Assembly (NCBI RefSeq): GCF_006345805.1
Contig: NC_042997.1
Span: 82,026,001 to 82,090,000, forward strand
Length of the DNA: 64,000 bases
Direction of reading: 5' to 3'
DNA from: Octopus sinensis
Lineage: Eukaryota
The translations under genes and the position numbers were made by a program. The stretch's first letter is position 1; each line of letters starts with the position of its first letter. The notes under the pieces were generated by a model, which was not told the DNA's origin, did not search any database, and saw only the letters and a program-made list of their open reading frames with translations. Shown one piece after another: positions 36,588-49,630 of this stretch.

Positions 36588-37571
36588 GTATGTATATGTA
36601 TATAGAAAAATACAAAAAATGTAACAAGAACGCAAAAGGCGGCAAGACATCCAGACAGATGATCCAAAAAGGGACAACAAAAAGCAAGGACGGGTCACTT
36701 GGATTTTCATTTTCGTCAGTGGAGTTCCAGATTATCCTTGCAGTTATACACGATACTGCGCCTATCTGGCCTGCCCCAAGGAAAATCTAAGCTAAGAGCA
36801 CTAGATTTCTTGGAAGGAAGCAGCGAATGTATACGAAAACAGGGACGGAAAAGAAACGCGGAAATGGTATACAAATACAAATGCAAACAACAGGACATTA
36901 ACAACGGGTGTCTTTCGACTAAGGATGAATTAGATTAAGCTGGCGTGTGTGGAAGTGAAGCCTTACTGTAGGTATATAAGAGTTAACAGGCATGGGAGGA
37001 ATATAGATGTTGCACGGATAGTGGTCGAATCAAGAAATAAAGGTCAGGCTTGGCCGAACACCGGTCACGTGTAGGGAGAGGGACAGAAGAATTAGGGAGG
37101 GACGAGAAAAAAGAAAAGGGACAGAGGTAAATGAAAGAGGACGGAAGGTGAGAATGAAGAATAGGACAGGAAATGTGAGAGAGGGGAGCGAAAGAAAGAA
37201 AGAAAGAAAGAATAAAAGAATAAGAGAGTCGTACAAGATTTATATATATATATAATTATATACATATAAGGGGTTTGTATGATTGTGTATAGAGAGATAT
37301 ATATATTTCAAAGAAATTGCAACTCTGTCTGTTTTTTATGTTTTATTTATATTCTTTATAATATTAATGGGACCTTGAAGACTGCTATAATGCAAGAAAG
37401 TATACTCGTACCTTAATATTTTATAGTCAATATTTCATCTATTCAATAAGATAATCAATACTTCATTTTATTTTACTATATATATATTATTTATATTATA
37501 TATTCTATATTCTACATTAATATTATAAAGAATATAGATAAAACAAAAAACAGAGTTGGAATTTCTTTGAA

Positions 37572-38624
37572 TCTATATATATAAAACTGAGAATGCGTGT
37601 TGGTCTGTCTGTCTGACTGTGTGGATCTCTAAAACTTGAGAACTACACAACCAATTTCATCCAAATTTTACACATGCCTTACTTAGCATTTTTAACTTCT
37701 TGCCTAGGGCGAGCCCACAGCAATATCATATCTTCTCCACTATGTCAGTATTACGTGTCAAAAGTGAAACAACATCTCTCTGAAACTATTAAAGTGAAAC
37801 TATCATATAACAGGAATGAACTGTAACTGGACATCCATTATTCTAGAAGAAGATCCGCTATGGTCTCATATGCTACACTACTGGTTTTCAATTCATATTA
37901 ATCAAATTAGTATTCAGATTTTCACCATTATTATTTTAAATTTAAATTTACATGTATGTATATATATATATAAAACTGAAATGCGTTTCGACCGCTTGGA
38001 TTGCTTTCAAGGCCACTACATCCCGTCGGATTGACTCCAAAATTTACATCACGTTCTTTAATGTATCTGTCTTCCTCAACTCACTCTCGCTATTTCTTCT
38101 CTTCCCAGCACTTTTTCACTCACTCTATTTCATACATTCCCATCACTTTCACTTCGTCAAACGGCCTTCTTTTATGTATCTATCTGCATTCATAGAGAGA
38201 ATTACCATTGCCACCACCAACACACAATCATGACAACAAATATTATGAATCTCACCATCGCATTCTATTGTCTGCCTGACAACGCGCCGATCGAGCAAAT
38301 ACAGAACACACCAACGAGCGTTCGTGTTCTGGTGATAACGTAGGTTTTTTGTATCTATTACATTTTAACATTTATTTAGAACCCTGCAAATTTTTCGTGC
38401 TAAATTTTCATTTTTTACTACTTTATTATTTTTTCTTAAATTGATGCTTTTATTAAAATTAATTCTAATTGTCTGGGTCAACAGTTCGTTTCCTCGGAGG
38501 ATATGGAAATTCTTATTACCCGTCAGAGAAACAACTCCAGCAGCTCACAACTATTTCAACAAAGACAAGGTTACCTGCTTACCAGTCGAATTCAGCGTCA
38601 ACGCTCACTTATGAGAGACACTCC

Positions 38625-38708
<84 letters not shown>

Positions 38709-39898
38709 ATGTGTGCATTATGTGGTCGGTTGAAGTGAAAATATGCACACCTATGTTAAAAGTGGTAGAAAGTTTGCATGTAAACTATTTTTTTTCCTCA
38801 AATGAAACGCGTGACTTCTAAGACAAAATTCCTCATCTTATAAAATGTGGCCCCAGTACACCCGAATGAAATCTGGTTATATTAACCAAAATGTGAAAAG
38901 GGGTCTAAATGGGGCTGGAAGGGGATTAAAATTTAAAGGAGCGGGTGTTTAGCAATTCTCTGTTACATCAAGCTAAAAAATTTGCGCCAGCCTTTTAATC
39001 GTCAATGTGTTGCCGTCCATGATGAAGAAGTTTTGAATGCTTGCCATCGTGAGTCTACTGTCGTGAGAAAGAATCACTTCAAAACTTGGTGTTTAGGGAT
39101 TTTCTTTTACATCAAGTTCAAAAATTTACGCCAGCCGTTAAACTATCAAAACGTTGCTGTCCGTCGTTAAGAAATGCCACCCATGGTGACTCTACTATCC
39201 TCACATTCTATCCATTCAAACTTTGGTTTCCAATATTTCATTATTTTTATTCAGCTCGCAAGTTCGTCTGTCCCTTTTAAATAATAGTGTTTTGCTGTCT
39301 GCCTTGAAGCAGACCTTTCCGTTGTAACTGCCTGATATTTATGATATTAAGTTGAGAAATATTTTATTTCTCAACTTACTCAAGATATTTTTTGTTTATA
39401 AATGGGAGAGAGATAGATAAAGATAGAGAGTAAGAGAAAGCGAGGGAGAGTCCGAGAGAAAAGAAGAGTAAGAGAGTGGGGAAAGTGAGAGAGAAAGGAG
39501 AGAGAAACAAAGAGGGAGAATCATCATCATCATCATCGTCGTTTAACGTCCGTTTTCCGTGCTAGCACGGGTTGGACAGATTGACCGGGGTCTGGGAAGC
39601 CAGGAGGCTGCACCAGGCTCCAGTCTGATCTGGTAGTGTTTCTACAGGTGGATGCCCTTCATAATGCCAACTACTGTGAGCGTAGTGGGTGCTTTTTCGT
39701 GCCGCCGGCACAGGTGCCAGACGGGCTGGCAGCGGCCACGATCGGTTGGTGCTTTTTACGTGCCACCGGCACAGAAGCCAGTCAAGGCGACGTTGCAATC
39801 GGTCACGTTCGGATAGTGCTTTTTACGTGCTGAAATGAAGCAACATAAAGTAACAATCACACTCTTACCCGCGCGTAGAGCGGGTCACCTTCAGCTAG
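37572..39898 (+). mobile_element. Probable non-autonomous Helitron
   Basis: 5' A|TCTATATATATAAAACTGAGAATG..(gtct)n; 3' hairpin acccgc-gcgtaga-gcgggt (39867-39885) and CTAG|T. Pairing these two ends is inferred. Confidence 0.55.
39522..39830 (-). mobile_element. SINE/RTE-tail-like repeat (family D) ending in (GAT)n
   Basis: Minus strand ends ggacgttaaacgacgatgatgatga; contains ggatgccctt and three ggtgcttttt(a)cgtgc repeats. Confidence 0.6.
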
Positions 39899-39902
39899 TA
39901 TA

Positions 39903-39973
<71 letters not shown>

Positions 39974-39975
<2 letters not shown>

Positions 39976-40187
39976 CAATAAAGGGTTAGCAACGAATTGC
40001 CTTACCACAGACCGAATTTAGAAATAGCAGTCAAAGAGTTGTAGCTATTTCTTCTACTAAAAAGGGAGATCTCAGTAAAAACACATACTGAGATCTCCCT
40101 TTAGTAGAAGAATAGCTATAACTCTTTGACTGCTATTTCTAAATTCGGTCTGTGGTAAGGCAATTCGTTGCTAAACCCTTTATTGCT
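39974..40187. repeat. Long hairpin, arms about 102-104 bp, 8-nt loop
   Basis: 39974-40077 versus 40086-40187, differing by one substitution and a few small indels; follows (TA)n. Confidence 0.95.
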
Positions 40188-40308
40188 TAGTATTACTTAA
40201 ATTTTCCTCGAATGAGGCTTTTACATGCCGAAGACTACTTGGTGTAATTGATAATTATTCCAAATTAATTAATTTCACCCTTCATTATTACGGATAACTA
40301 TATATATA

Positions 40309-40356
<48 letters not shown>

Positions 40357-40609
40357 TGTATATCTATAGATATATATATATATATATATATAATGTATAT
40401 ATATGGATGTGTATATATATATATATATGTTTATATATAGATGTATATGTATACATATATATATAGCTGTATATGTATACATATATGTGTAGATGTATAT
40501 ATATAGATATACATGTAATATGTACACATGTATATACACATATATACATGCATACATATATACACCCATACAAACATACACCCACACACCCACACGCACA
40601 TACATAGGT

Positions 40610-40760
40610 GCAGGTGTGACTGTGTGGTAACAAAGTTCGTTCCAAAACACATGGTCCTGAGTTCAGTCCCACTGTGTGGTAACTTGGCATGTGTCTTCTG
40701 CTATAGCTTCAGACCAACCAAACCCTTGTCAGTGGACATTGTAGACAGAAACTGAAATTA
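40610..40760 (+). mobile_element. SINE family A, 5' part (diverged)
   Basis: gtgactgtgtggtaac..ggtcctgagttcagtcccactgtgtggtaacttggc..gtcttctgctatagc. Confidence 0.7.
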
Positions 40761-40778
40761 ATCAATTGTAATATATAT

Positions 40779-40835
<57 letters not shown>

Positions 40836-41069
40836 ATATGTAAGTCTATGTGTGTCTTTGTGTTTCTCCCTCATCACTGCTTCTCAACTGGTGTTCGTTT
40901 ATTTACATCCCCATAACTTACTGGTTTCACAAGAAGAAACTGATAGAATAAGTACCAGGCTTATCAAAATAAAAAAAGGCACTAGGCAATGTCTCATATT
41001 TTTGTTTGCTCAGTCAGTTGTATCAATCAATTTATCTTTGTGTGTGTGTGTATATACATACATACATAC

Positions 41070-41837
41070 ATATTGCCAGTTTAGCCAATAAAAACACACG
41101 CACTAAATATTTGGTGTTACTTTGCTTCAGCGTTATTTTTTTACATTAATCTTAATCTTATTTCGGCCAGAGTTCTTTCGTCACACTCCTGTGACCGCAT
41201 CAGTGGTCCTTTGCTTTCTTCTTTCTTGTTTGTGTGTCTCTCCTTACTAACCGTCAGCCATTTTGTATTTCTATTGTATGTGTCTTCATTTGCGCATGCG
41301 TATATCTCTATGTGCGTCTATGTTTAGTTAGTGTGTGTGTGGGGGGGATGCCTGTAATATTTGTATCGCTTGTTTATATACGTTCATGTAATTTGATTTT
41401 GTTTTTGTTTATTTTATTCTAGAGAGGGACGTAGGGGAAACGGCACAGAGCATAGGAGAGCGGGTAAAGGAATATTGGAGAGAACTTAAGGAAGAAAAGA
41501 GCTCATCGATTCTGTACCAACACGCTGATCAGGAACACGGGGGCTCAATCAACAACATACAAGTTAAAATCTTGTTCACACATGGAACAGACGCACAATT
41601 AGACAAATTTCGGAAGCTACACACATAATAGAAGATAAACATAGCCTGAATAGGAAACTGGAATGGAACACTAGCACAGACCACAACATATGACGGTAGA
41701 GGATCCCCATAAACTGGTTACAATATAAACAAAACTGAAGACAAAATAAAATGAAATACACAGATAAATACACAAATGGAAGTAAATAACTATATACATA
41801 TTTTATTATTACTATTATTATTATTATACATATATAC

Positions 41838-41898
<61 letters not shown>

Positions 41899-42290
41899 GT
41901 GGGTGTAAACACATGAACTAAATAAAAAACAAAAACAAAAACAAATTACACGAACGTATATAAACAGGCGATACAAATATTACAGGCATTCCCCATACAC
42001 ACACACTAACTAAACATAGACGCACATAGAGATATAAGCATGCGGAAATGAAGACATACAAAATAAATACAAAATGGCTGACGGTTAGTAAGGAGAGACA
42101 CAGAAATAAGAAAGAAGAAAGCAAAGGACCGCTGATGCGGTCAAAGGAGTGTGACGAAAGAACTTTGGCCGAAATAAAATTAAGATTAATGTAAAATAAA
42201 ATAACGCTGAAGCAAAGTAACACCAAATATATAGTGCGTGAGTTTTTATTGGCTAAACTGGCAAAATGACCATTCCTAAATACAACAATA
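41070..42290 (+). mobile_element. 5'-truncated PLE (Naiad-like GIY-YIG tail) with inverted pLTR copy
   Basis: 41425-41690 translates VGETAQSIGERVKEY..SSILYQHADQEHG..VKIL../IRQISEATHII..LNRKLEW; 41070-41415 is the reverse complement of about 41915-42275 (about 90%). The Naiad label is from recalled motif similarity. Confidence 0.75.
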
Positions 42291-42342
42291 TCTGTTTCAA
42301 CACACGATTTCACATAAAAAATCTTGCAAAAGAAATATATGA

Positions 42343-42469
<127 letters not shown>

Positions 42470-42477
42470 TATATATA

Positions 42478-42780
42478 GGCGCAGGAGTGGCTGTGTGGTA
42501 AGTAGCTTGCTAACCAGCCACATGGTTCAGGGTTCAGTCCCACTGCGTGGCATCTTGGGCAAGTGTCTTCTGCTAAAGCCCAGGGCCGACCAATGCCATG
42601 TGAGTGGATTTGGTAGACGGAAACTCGAAGAAGCCTCTCGTATATATGTATATATATATATATGTGTATGTGTATGTTTGTGTGTCTGTGTTTGTCCCCC
42701 TAGCATTGCTTGACAACAGATGCTGTGTGTTTATGTTCCCGTTACTTAGCTGTTCGGTCGATAGAGACCGATAGAACAAG
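42478..42780 (+). mobile_element. SINE family A
   Basis: ggcgcaggagtggctgtgtggtaagtagcttgctaacc..ggttcagtcccactgcgtggc. Confidence 0.85.
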
Positions 42781-43075
42781 TATACATATACATATATGGA
42801 TTTTGTAGACAGGAACTGAAAAAAAATCAATCGTATATATATATGTATATATGTATGTGTATGTGTGTGTCTTTGTCTGTGTGTTTCGCCGTCATCACTG
42901 CTTCACAACTGCTGTTCATTTATCTATATCCCTAAAACTTACTGGTTTCACAAGAATAAACTAATAGAATAAGTACCAGGCTTATCAACATAAAAAACAC
43001 TATCTGTCTCATATTTTAGTTTGGCCACTCAGTTGTATCTATCAATTTATCTTTGTATGCGCGTGTGTGTGTATC

Positions 43076-43077
43076 TA

Positions 43078-43129
<52 letters not shown>

Positions 43130-43130
43130 C

Positions 43131-43170
<40 letters not shown>

Positions 43171-44490
43171 ATGTATATATAACACCCTAAAGGAGGCGTT
43201 AACTCCCAAATTTTAGTCATTTCTTTTATGATCCAAAACTAGGTCAAAAGTACTGAATGGATTTTTATGAAATTTGGAAATTATATTCTATACATAAGGG
43301 CCATAACTCCCATGACAATTCATATATTTTTGCTGTTGATGAAATTTTAACCATAGATATTAGACACAAATTAAGTAATATTTATAAAATTTCGTCTTCT
43401 TACAAGATAGAAAGTCCCCTTTATAGGGAGTTAATGCCCACAATTTAGTCATCTTATCTAAGCAAAGACGAATACAGTTGCACTCGTGGAAGCTGTAGGG
43501 TCACCCGAGCATAAAAGATGAGCATTATTTGTAATTCAATGGTACAACAGTGTAACAGTTTGCTTTGACATACACTTACATTGTGATTTCTGCAGTGTGC
43601 TACATAAATTGTCAAGTAAATGAGAGGCATCTTTGCTTCCACTGATTCATTGCAAAGTTTTGAGTAAAGTTATGTGATTGCAGATCTCCTTTCAGTCTTT
43701 TTATTATCACTGGGTCACACATAGTCCTCAGATGGTAACATTGATTTCAAGGCCTTCCCAGATGAGTGACTGGTTATTCAAAGACATTTATAGATTGTAA
43801 ATTTATTCTGTCCTGTTACATATCAGTATAGTGGTCATTTGCAAACTCCAACTTTCATTTCTCATTAGCCCTCACGTCACACAGTTGTTAATATTTATTT
43901 CAGTTGGGTCACGCCCTTCCAACTGCTATAGATTCGTAATGCATTTTACAGCTGTGCCTGTCACCAGGATGGTGAGGAATACTACATTGGGAGTGATAAC
44001 GACTAGGGTACTGTAGCTGACTGCTTATTGTGACCATTCGTCTTTTGGTTTCCTGTAGCTTTCCTCTCTTTTACAAACCCAATGAACATATATTTCCTAT
44101 TTCAAAGAAATTCAAACAATAGATATGAGACCCAAGTTAAAAAGATTCTCAACAATTCAACTTCTCTGCTTGACATTAAGATGCCCACCCCTAATAGGGG
44201 CGTTAACTCTCACATTTTAGAACTCCAATACATCTATTTTTCAGGAGCAAAATCCTTTTAACAGGTTCTATAAGACTGGAATTTTGGAATATGTGCATAA
44301 AAATCAGTAGTATGGGATACATGTGGCACGATTACAATTTTGTTTGGGTGTGTAAAGAGGGAAATAACCCTCATCTGCAATTTTGATGAAATTCGAAACT
44401 TAGATATTCCAGTTCATTACAGAAAATATAACAGAAATGTCTAATTCTTCAATTGCATGTAACTCGGGCAACGCCAGGTATCTCTGCTAG
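43076..44490 (+). mobile_element. Possible non-autonomous Helitron
   Basis: 3' end ctcgggcaacgccaggtatctctgCTAG|T; internal quasi-palindromic ggcgttaactcc motif at about 43195, 43425 and 44200. The 5' boundary is a guess. Confidence 0.35.
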
Positions 44491-44555
44491 TAATATATAA
44501 ATATATATATACATATATATATATATATACGTATATATATTCATATATATATATG

Positions 44556-44591
<36 letters not shown>

Positions 44592-44691
44592 CGTATATAT
44601 ATTCATATATATATATGTATATATATATACATATACATATATATATATATATATATATACATATATATATAAACATATAAATATATATATA

Positions 44692-44740
<49 letters not shown>

Positions 44741-44922
44741 ATATGAATATATATATATAAAAAAACATAAAAATAAACAATTTTTTGACGGTTTTATATA
44801 TATTTCAAAATTATGATGCTATGATGTTAAGTGTTTCCCTTCTTTTCTCTATCCTGTATATATATATAATATATATATGTATATATATATATATATATAA
44901 TATATATATATATATATAATAT

Positions 44923-44954
<32 letters not shown>

Positions 44955-45049
44955 CGCACACACACGTATTTGTATGTGTATGTGTATATGCGTATGTATA
45001 TACACACTCACTCTGTATATACATTAATCCCTATATACGTTTTTTCCAC

Positions 45050-46130
45050 ACACTACTCACAGGAGGGCCGTGGAAGTAGAGTATGCCGGCACCTACTCAA
45101 TAGGATTCCATCACAAGTAACCTCCATAAAACTTTCCGGTTGTATTCCCAACCGTAGCCAACAATCTCGTTTTCTTCTGACTGACACCTCTTCTATTCAT
45201 AAGCGTTGGGTAGAACATTTTTCGGCACTTTTCAATAGACGGCATCCGTTGTTGTTTGTAACCCCACTAAAATTTTTGTTAAGGGAAAGTTACTTGAGCT
45301 TGTCGATTCGTTCGTCTGCCTTGGAAGCTCTATTCAAAATGATGGAAATTTTGATACAGAAATACAGCTGCGAATTCAAAGAGCAGCAAAAGTTGACATG
45401 AGGATGATATAAAAAAATTGAACACCTTCCAGTTATAGAAGAGATGGCATTTGAAGCATCTGTAAATGACATTTCTTTAGCTGTGAATAAGCTGAATAAC
45501 AATAAATCTCCAGGGTCTGATGGAATCTGTGCAGAAGTCTAGAAATATGGGGGTGACAAAATGTTTGAACTCTTAAATATATTAATTTGTCACTGTTCGA
45601 GAACTGAGAAAGTGCCTCAAGATTGGATTGATGCCGTTTTAGCCTCCTTGTATAAATCAGGGCCTAAGGATCTATGTAGTAATTTTCGTGGGATTTCACT
45701 TTTCTCTGTGGTTGGAAAGGTACTTACCCGCGTTTTGTTAGAACGTTTAAATACCTTCATAGTTTCAAATATACTGTTTAAGTCTCAGTGTGGTTTTCGT
45801 TTCTCCAGGGACACAGCTGATTGTATCTTTACTGTCAGACAAATACAAGAAAAGTGCATCAAACAGAATCTTGCTCTATACCATTGCTTTGTTGATTTGA
45901 GCAAAGCATTCGATACTGTTAATCGAAATACTCTGTAGATAATTCTGAGGAAAATATGTTGCCCAGAAAAATTTGTAAACATGATCAGGGATTTGCATCA
46001 AGATATGAAAACTAGAGTTAACTTCGGCCCTCTGAATCTTTTGCTGTGGAAAATAGAGTAAAGCAAGGAAACCTTTAAGCACCCACCCTCCTTGCAATAT
46101 ATTTTGCGGTTGTTCTTGTTTTAACCCTAC
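45050..46130 (+). mobile_element. RTE-clade LINE RT remnant
   Basis: KSPGSDGI; ORF 45561-45938 (NFRGISLFSVVGKV, SQCGFR, FVDLSKAFDTVNR); VKQG..APTL. Confidence 0.88.
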
Positions 46131-46563
46131 ATCTTCTGCCAGTTGCCTCGGTCTCACCAATCCGTCTTGCGATTATTTCATGTTAAATTCTAATCACATA
46201 CCTGCAGTAGCATAACTGTGGTCTCTCAATGTGCACAAATAGCAACTCGACCTAGAAAGAGTATCTGATCTTCGATTTATGCACCCTATCGAGTAATATT
46301 AATCCAGAGAGTTTTCGTAGGAAACTCCATTTTAAAGACTTGCAATCATGATTATAATCTTTCTATCATTACTCAACATACATAACCATAGGTGTTGAAA
46401 GCGTGGAAACCAAATTACAGATGGTGAGTTTGGTTTTTTTCCTCAATGATGTCCCTTTTAAGGATCAAATAATGGAGCTGTCGCATTACTGTGCCAACAC
46501 CTGCAACTTCACTCTGCAGTTCTGCTTCCTGATTGCCATCGCTCGTGAATACGGCTGCGTGAT

Positions 46564-48083
46564 ACTTAAACCACTTCACCTATCTCTTCAGCACTTATTC
46601 TTTCTTTAAATATTATTGAAAAATTTCTTGATTTTCTTGAAGATCACACAAATACAGTTGGTGTTTTCTTTTATATAATTCAATGAGTTAGTGGGAATTG
46701 TATAATGTTATTTACTGTAGATTTTCAACCAGCTGAAGTGTCTGCAAGCATGTTAATTATATTGAGATTATGACTTTCCCTAGACACAACAGAACTTAAT
46801 ATAAAACATATTCAACAAACGGGAGTAAAATTTTCACAAGCTCCTTGTGTTTACGTACGTTTGATTGTGCAATATTCTCTTAACATCTGTGAATACGAAA
46901 TGAAATGCTTTATTGAATATGACAGGAAATGTACTGCAAATATTGTTTTCCAAGGTTGAATTATATTTGACCTTAGTCTAGAGATCCTGTATGAGTCACA
47001 AACTATTTCGATTTCAGTTGCTGAGAGACACTAATTTTGAACTAAGTAATACTTATGTTAAACAATTGAAGCTAGAAATGAAATTTTGTACATGGATATT
47101 TTTTGTTTTTGTTTTGTTTTACTTAAACTACTCCACCTGCCTCTTCAGCACTTATTCTTTCTTTAAATATTATTGAAAAATTCTTGGTTTCTTTTGAATG
47201 TCACACAATTATAATTGCTATTTCTTTATAAGTTTATATATGATTCAATGAGGCATTGGGAAGTATATGATACTATTTATAGTTGATCCACGAGAATTAA
47301 ATCAACTAGGTTCTCAAGTATGTTTTATTAAGAAGGGAAACTATTGTAAAGTATTTTCAAGAAAAGGGAATAAAATATTCACAAGCTGTTTATGTCCACA
47401 TAGGTTTGATTGCGCAGTTTTCTCCCAACTTTTGCAAATATGAAATGAAATGCTTTATTGAATATGACATGAAATCTACTGGAAATATTGTTTTTCAAGG
47501 TTGAATTATATTTGACCTTAGTCAAGAGATCCTGTATGAGTCACAAACTATTTCGATTTCAGTTGCTGAGAGACACTAATTTTGAACTAAGTAATACTTA
47601 TGTTAAACAATTGAAGCTAGAAATGAAATTTTGTACATGGATATTTTTTGTTTTTGTTTTGTTTTACTTAAACTACTCCACCTGCCTCTTCAGCACTTAT
47701 TCTTTCTTTAAATATTATTGAAAAATTTCTTGGTTTCTTTTGAATGTCACACAATTATAATTGCTATTTCTTTATAAGTTTATATATGATTCAATGAGGC
47801 ATTGGGAAGTATATGATACTATTTATAGTTGATCCACGAGAATTAAATCAACTAGGTTCTCAAGTATGTTTTATTAAGAAGGGAAACTATTGTAAAGTAT
47901 TTTCAAGAAAAGGGAATAAAATATTCACAAGCTGTTTATGTCCACATAGGTTTGATTGCGCAGTTTTCTCCCAACTTTTGCAAATATGAAATGAAATGCT
48001 TTATTGAATATGACATGAAATCTACTGGAAATATTGTTTTTCAAGGTTGAATTATATTTGACCTTAGTCAAGAGATCCTGTAT
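46564..48083. repeat. Tandem repeat of about 545-bp unit (one diverged plus two near-identical copies)
   Basis: Anchor gagatcctgta at 46981, 47526 and 48072; ORFs 46991 and 47488 give the same peptide. Confidence 0.92.
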
Positions 48084-48849
48084 AAATATTTTCGTATGGT
48101 TCTTCACTAATCAATTATTATACTAAGCAAACGATTTCGGTATGAAATTTTGCTTCCTGAAAAGAATTTTTCGAGGAAATAATTTAGAAATAATTTAGGA
48201 CAACTTACACCGACTACGTCCGACCTATTATACCAATCATACTAATATAAACCTTATCATATTAATATAAAGCTTTATAAATCTGCTACATCGACATAGA
48301 CCACTACTAATCGAATCTAGAACGCCAATAGACACTACACTACCATAGCAAAACAATCTACTAAGTAACCATACTAGCATCAACCAACTCTATTCTTCTA
48401 TATAAATACAGACAACCATCAGATTACCATTTAAAAATAGATCATAACCATCTTCTCAACTATTTAAAATAAATCACCAATAATCTCAACTTTGAGAAAA
48501 TTCAATGGGCGAGAGTGGCTACACCTCAACGTATGTGAGATCGAGAATCTCGTATGGGGTGACCGGATGGACGGAACGGTCATTATCTTTGGTCAGTCAT
48601 TAAATAAGTCTACCTGATTCAAGCATCATGTGATGCGGTCTCTATCAATAGCGACGTAAAACACGATGGTTACGAAGGAAATTATGAGATGTCAATGCAG
48701 CCAACACATACTGACGTATTTGAAGTCGAATGTTTATACGATTATTATATGACCACTGGCTGCATATAGGACCGAATGCTGGCCATTGACAAATGCCAAC
48801 TTGTCGTATGTCTGTATGTTTACCTCTGCGTGTGTATGTGTGTGTGTGT

Positions 48850-48924
<75 letters not shown>

Positions 48925-49394
48925 TATGTATAGTGATGGAAGCATTATTAATACCAAAAGGTACTCTTTATATCCAACTGAACATGAATATCTTGTTAGA
49001 ATAATTAATTTTAAATAAGCCTGTTGGGCTATTTACGACATCGTTATTTGAAAAGATGCTTCATTGTAGCAGTGAGATCTGACTAGCATGTGGTGACTGG
49101 ACACGTCCCACTGATGATTTCCAATAGAATGAAATCACAAGATATGGGAATTCTGCCACTCATGACAGAAGATTCTTATCTGCTACGATCTATGTGTGTT
49201 CTTATATGCACCAGGCGCCTATATAAGAGGATCTGTCAAGGTTGATATCACAGTCTTCAGTATTATAGAAAGACCTCCATGTTAAGTTGGATATAAAAAT
49301 TACCTCTTGATATATGCATGCATACATACAAACACACACACGCATCAACACACACACATACAAACACACACATACACACACACATATGCACACC

Positions 49395-49447
<53 letters not shown>

Positions 49448-49489
49448 TTTTTTTTCTCTCCTTGTTTCCCTCCGTGTTTCTTTTCTGTG

Positions 49490-49630
49490 TATCCTTCTGT
49501 TGAAGAGCGTAGGCTCGAAACGTAAAAGACTTGTTTTATTCATATTCCTGAGCGCCATACTAATAAAATTGTTTGTTTGTATTCCACCTGCCTTCGTCTT
49601 TTGTTTATTTTCATAAACCTTCCCGTTATA
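49490..49630 (+). mobile_element. PLE pLTR-like terminus with minimal hammerhead-like motif (49492-49529), ending at (TA)n
   Basis: tcctt CTGTTGA a GAGC gtag GCTC GAAA CGT A aaaga; homologous to 14730-14875. Confidence 0.6.

Noticed and set aside
36690-36940. Further hammerhead-like fragments on the minus strand (CTGACGA near 36715; GTCGAAAGAC near 36915)
   Set aside because: Core halves and stems could not be assembled into a fold.
46564-48083. Duplicated host exon or CRISPR-like array
   Set aside because: Substitutions look near neutral, upstream frames contain stops, and the unit is 545 bp with no repeat-spacer structure.
48607-48768. 53-codon open frame in higher-complexity DNA
   Set aside because: No recognisable motif or clear splice boundaries.
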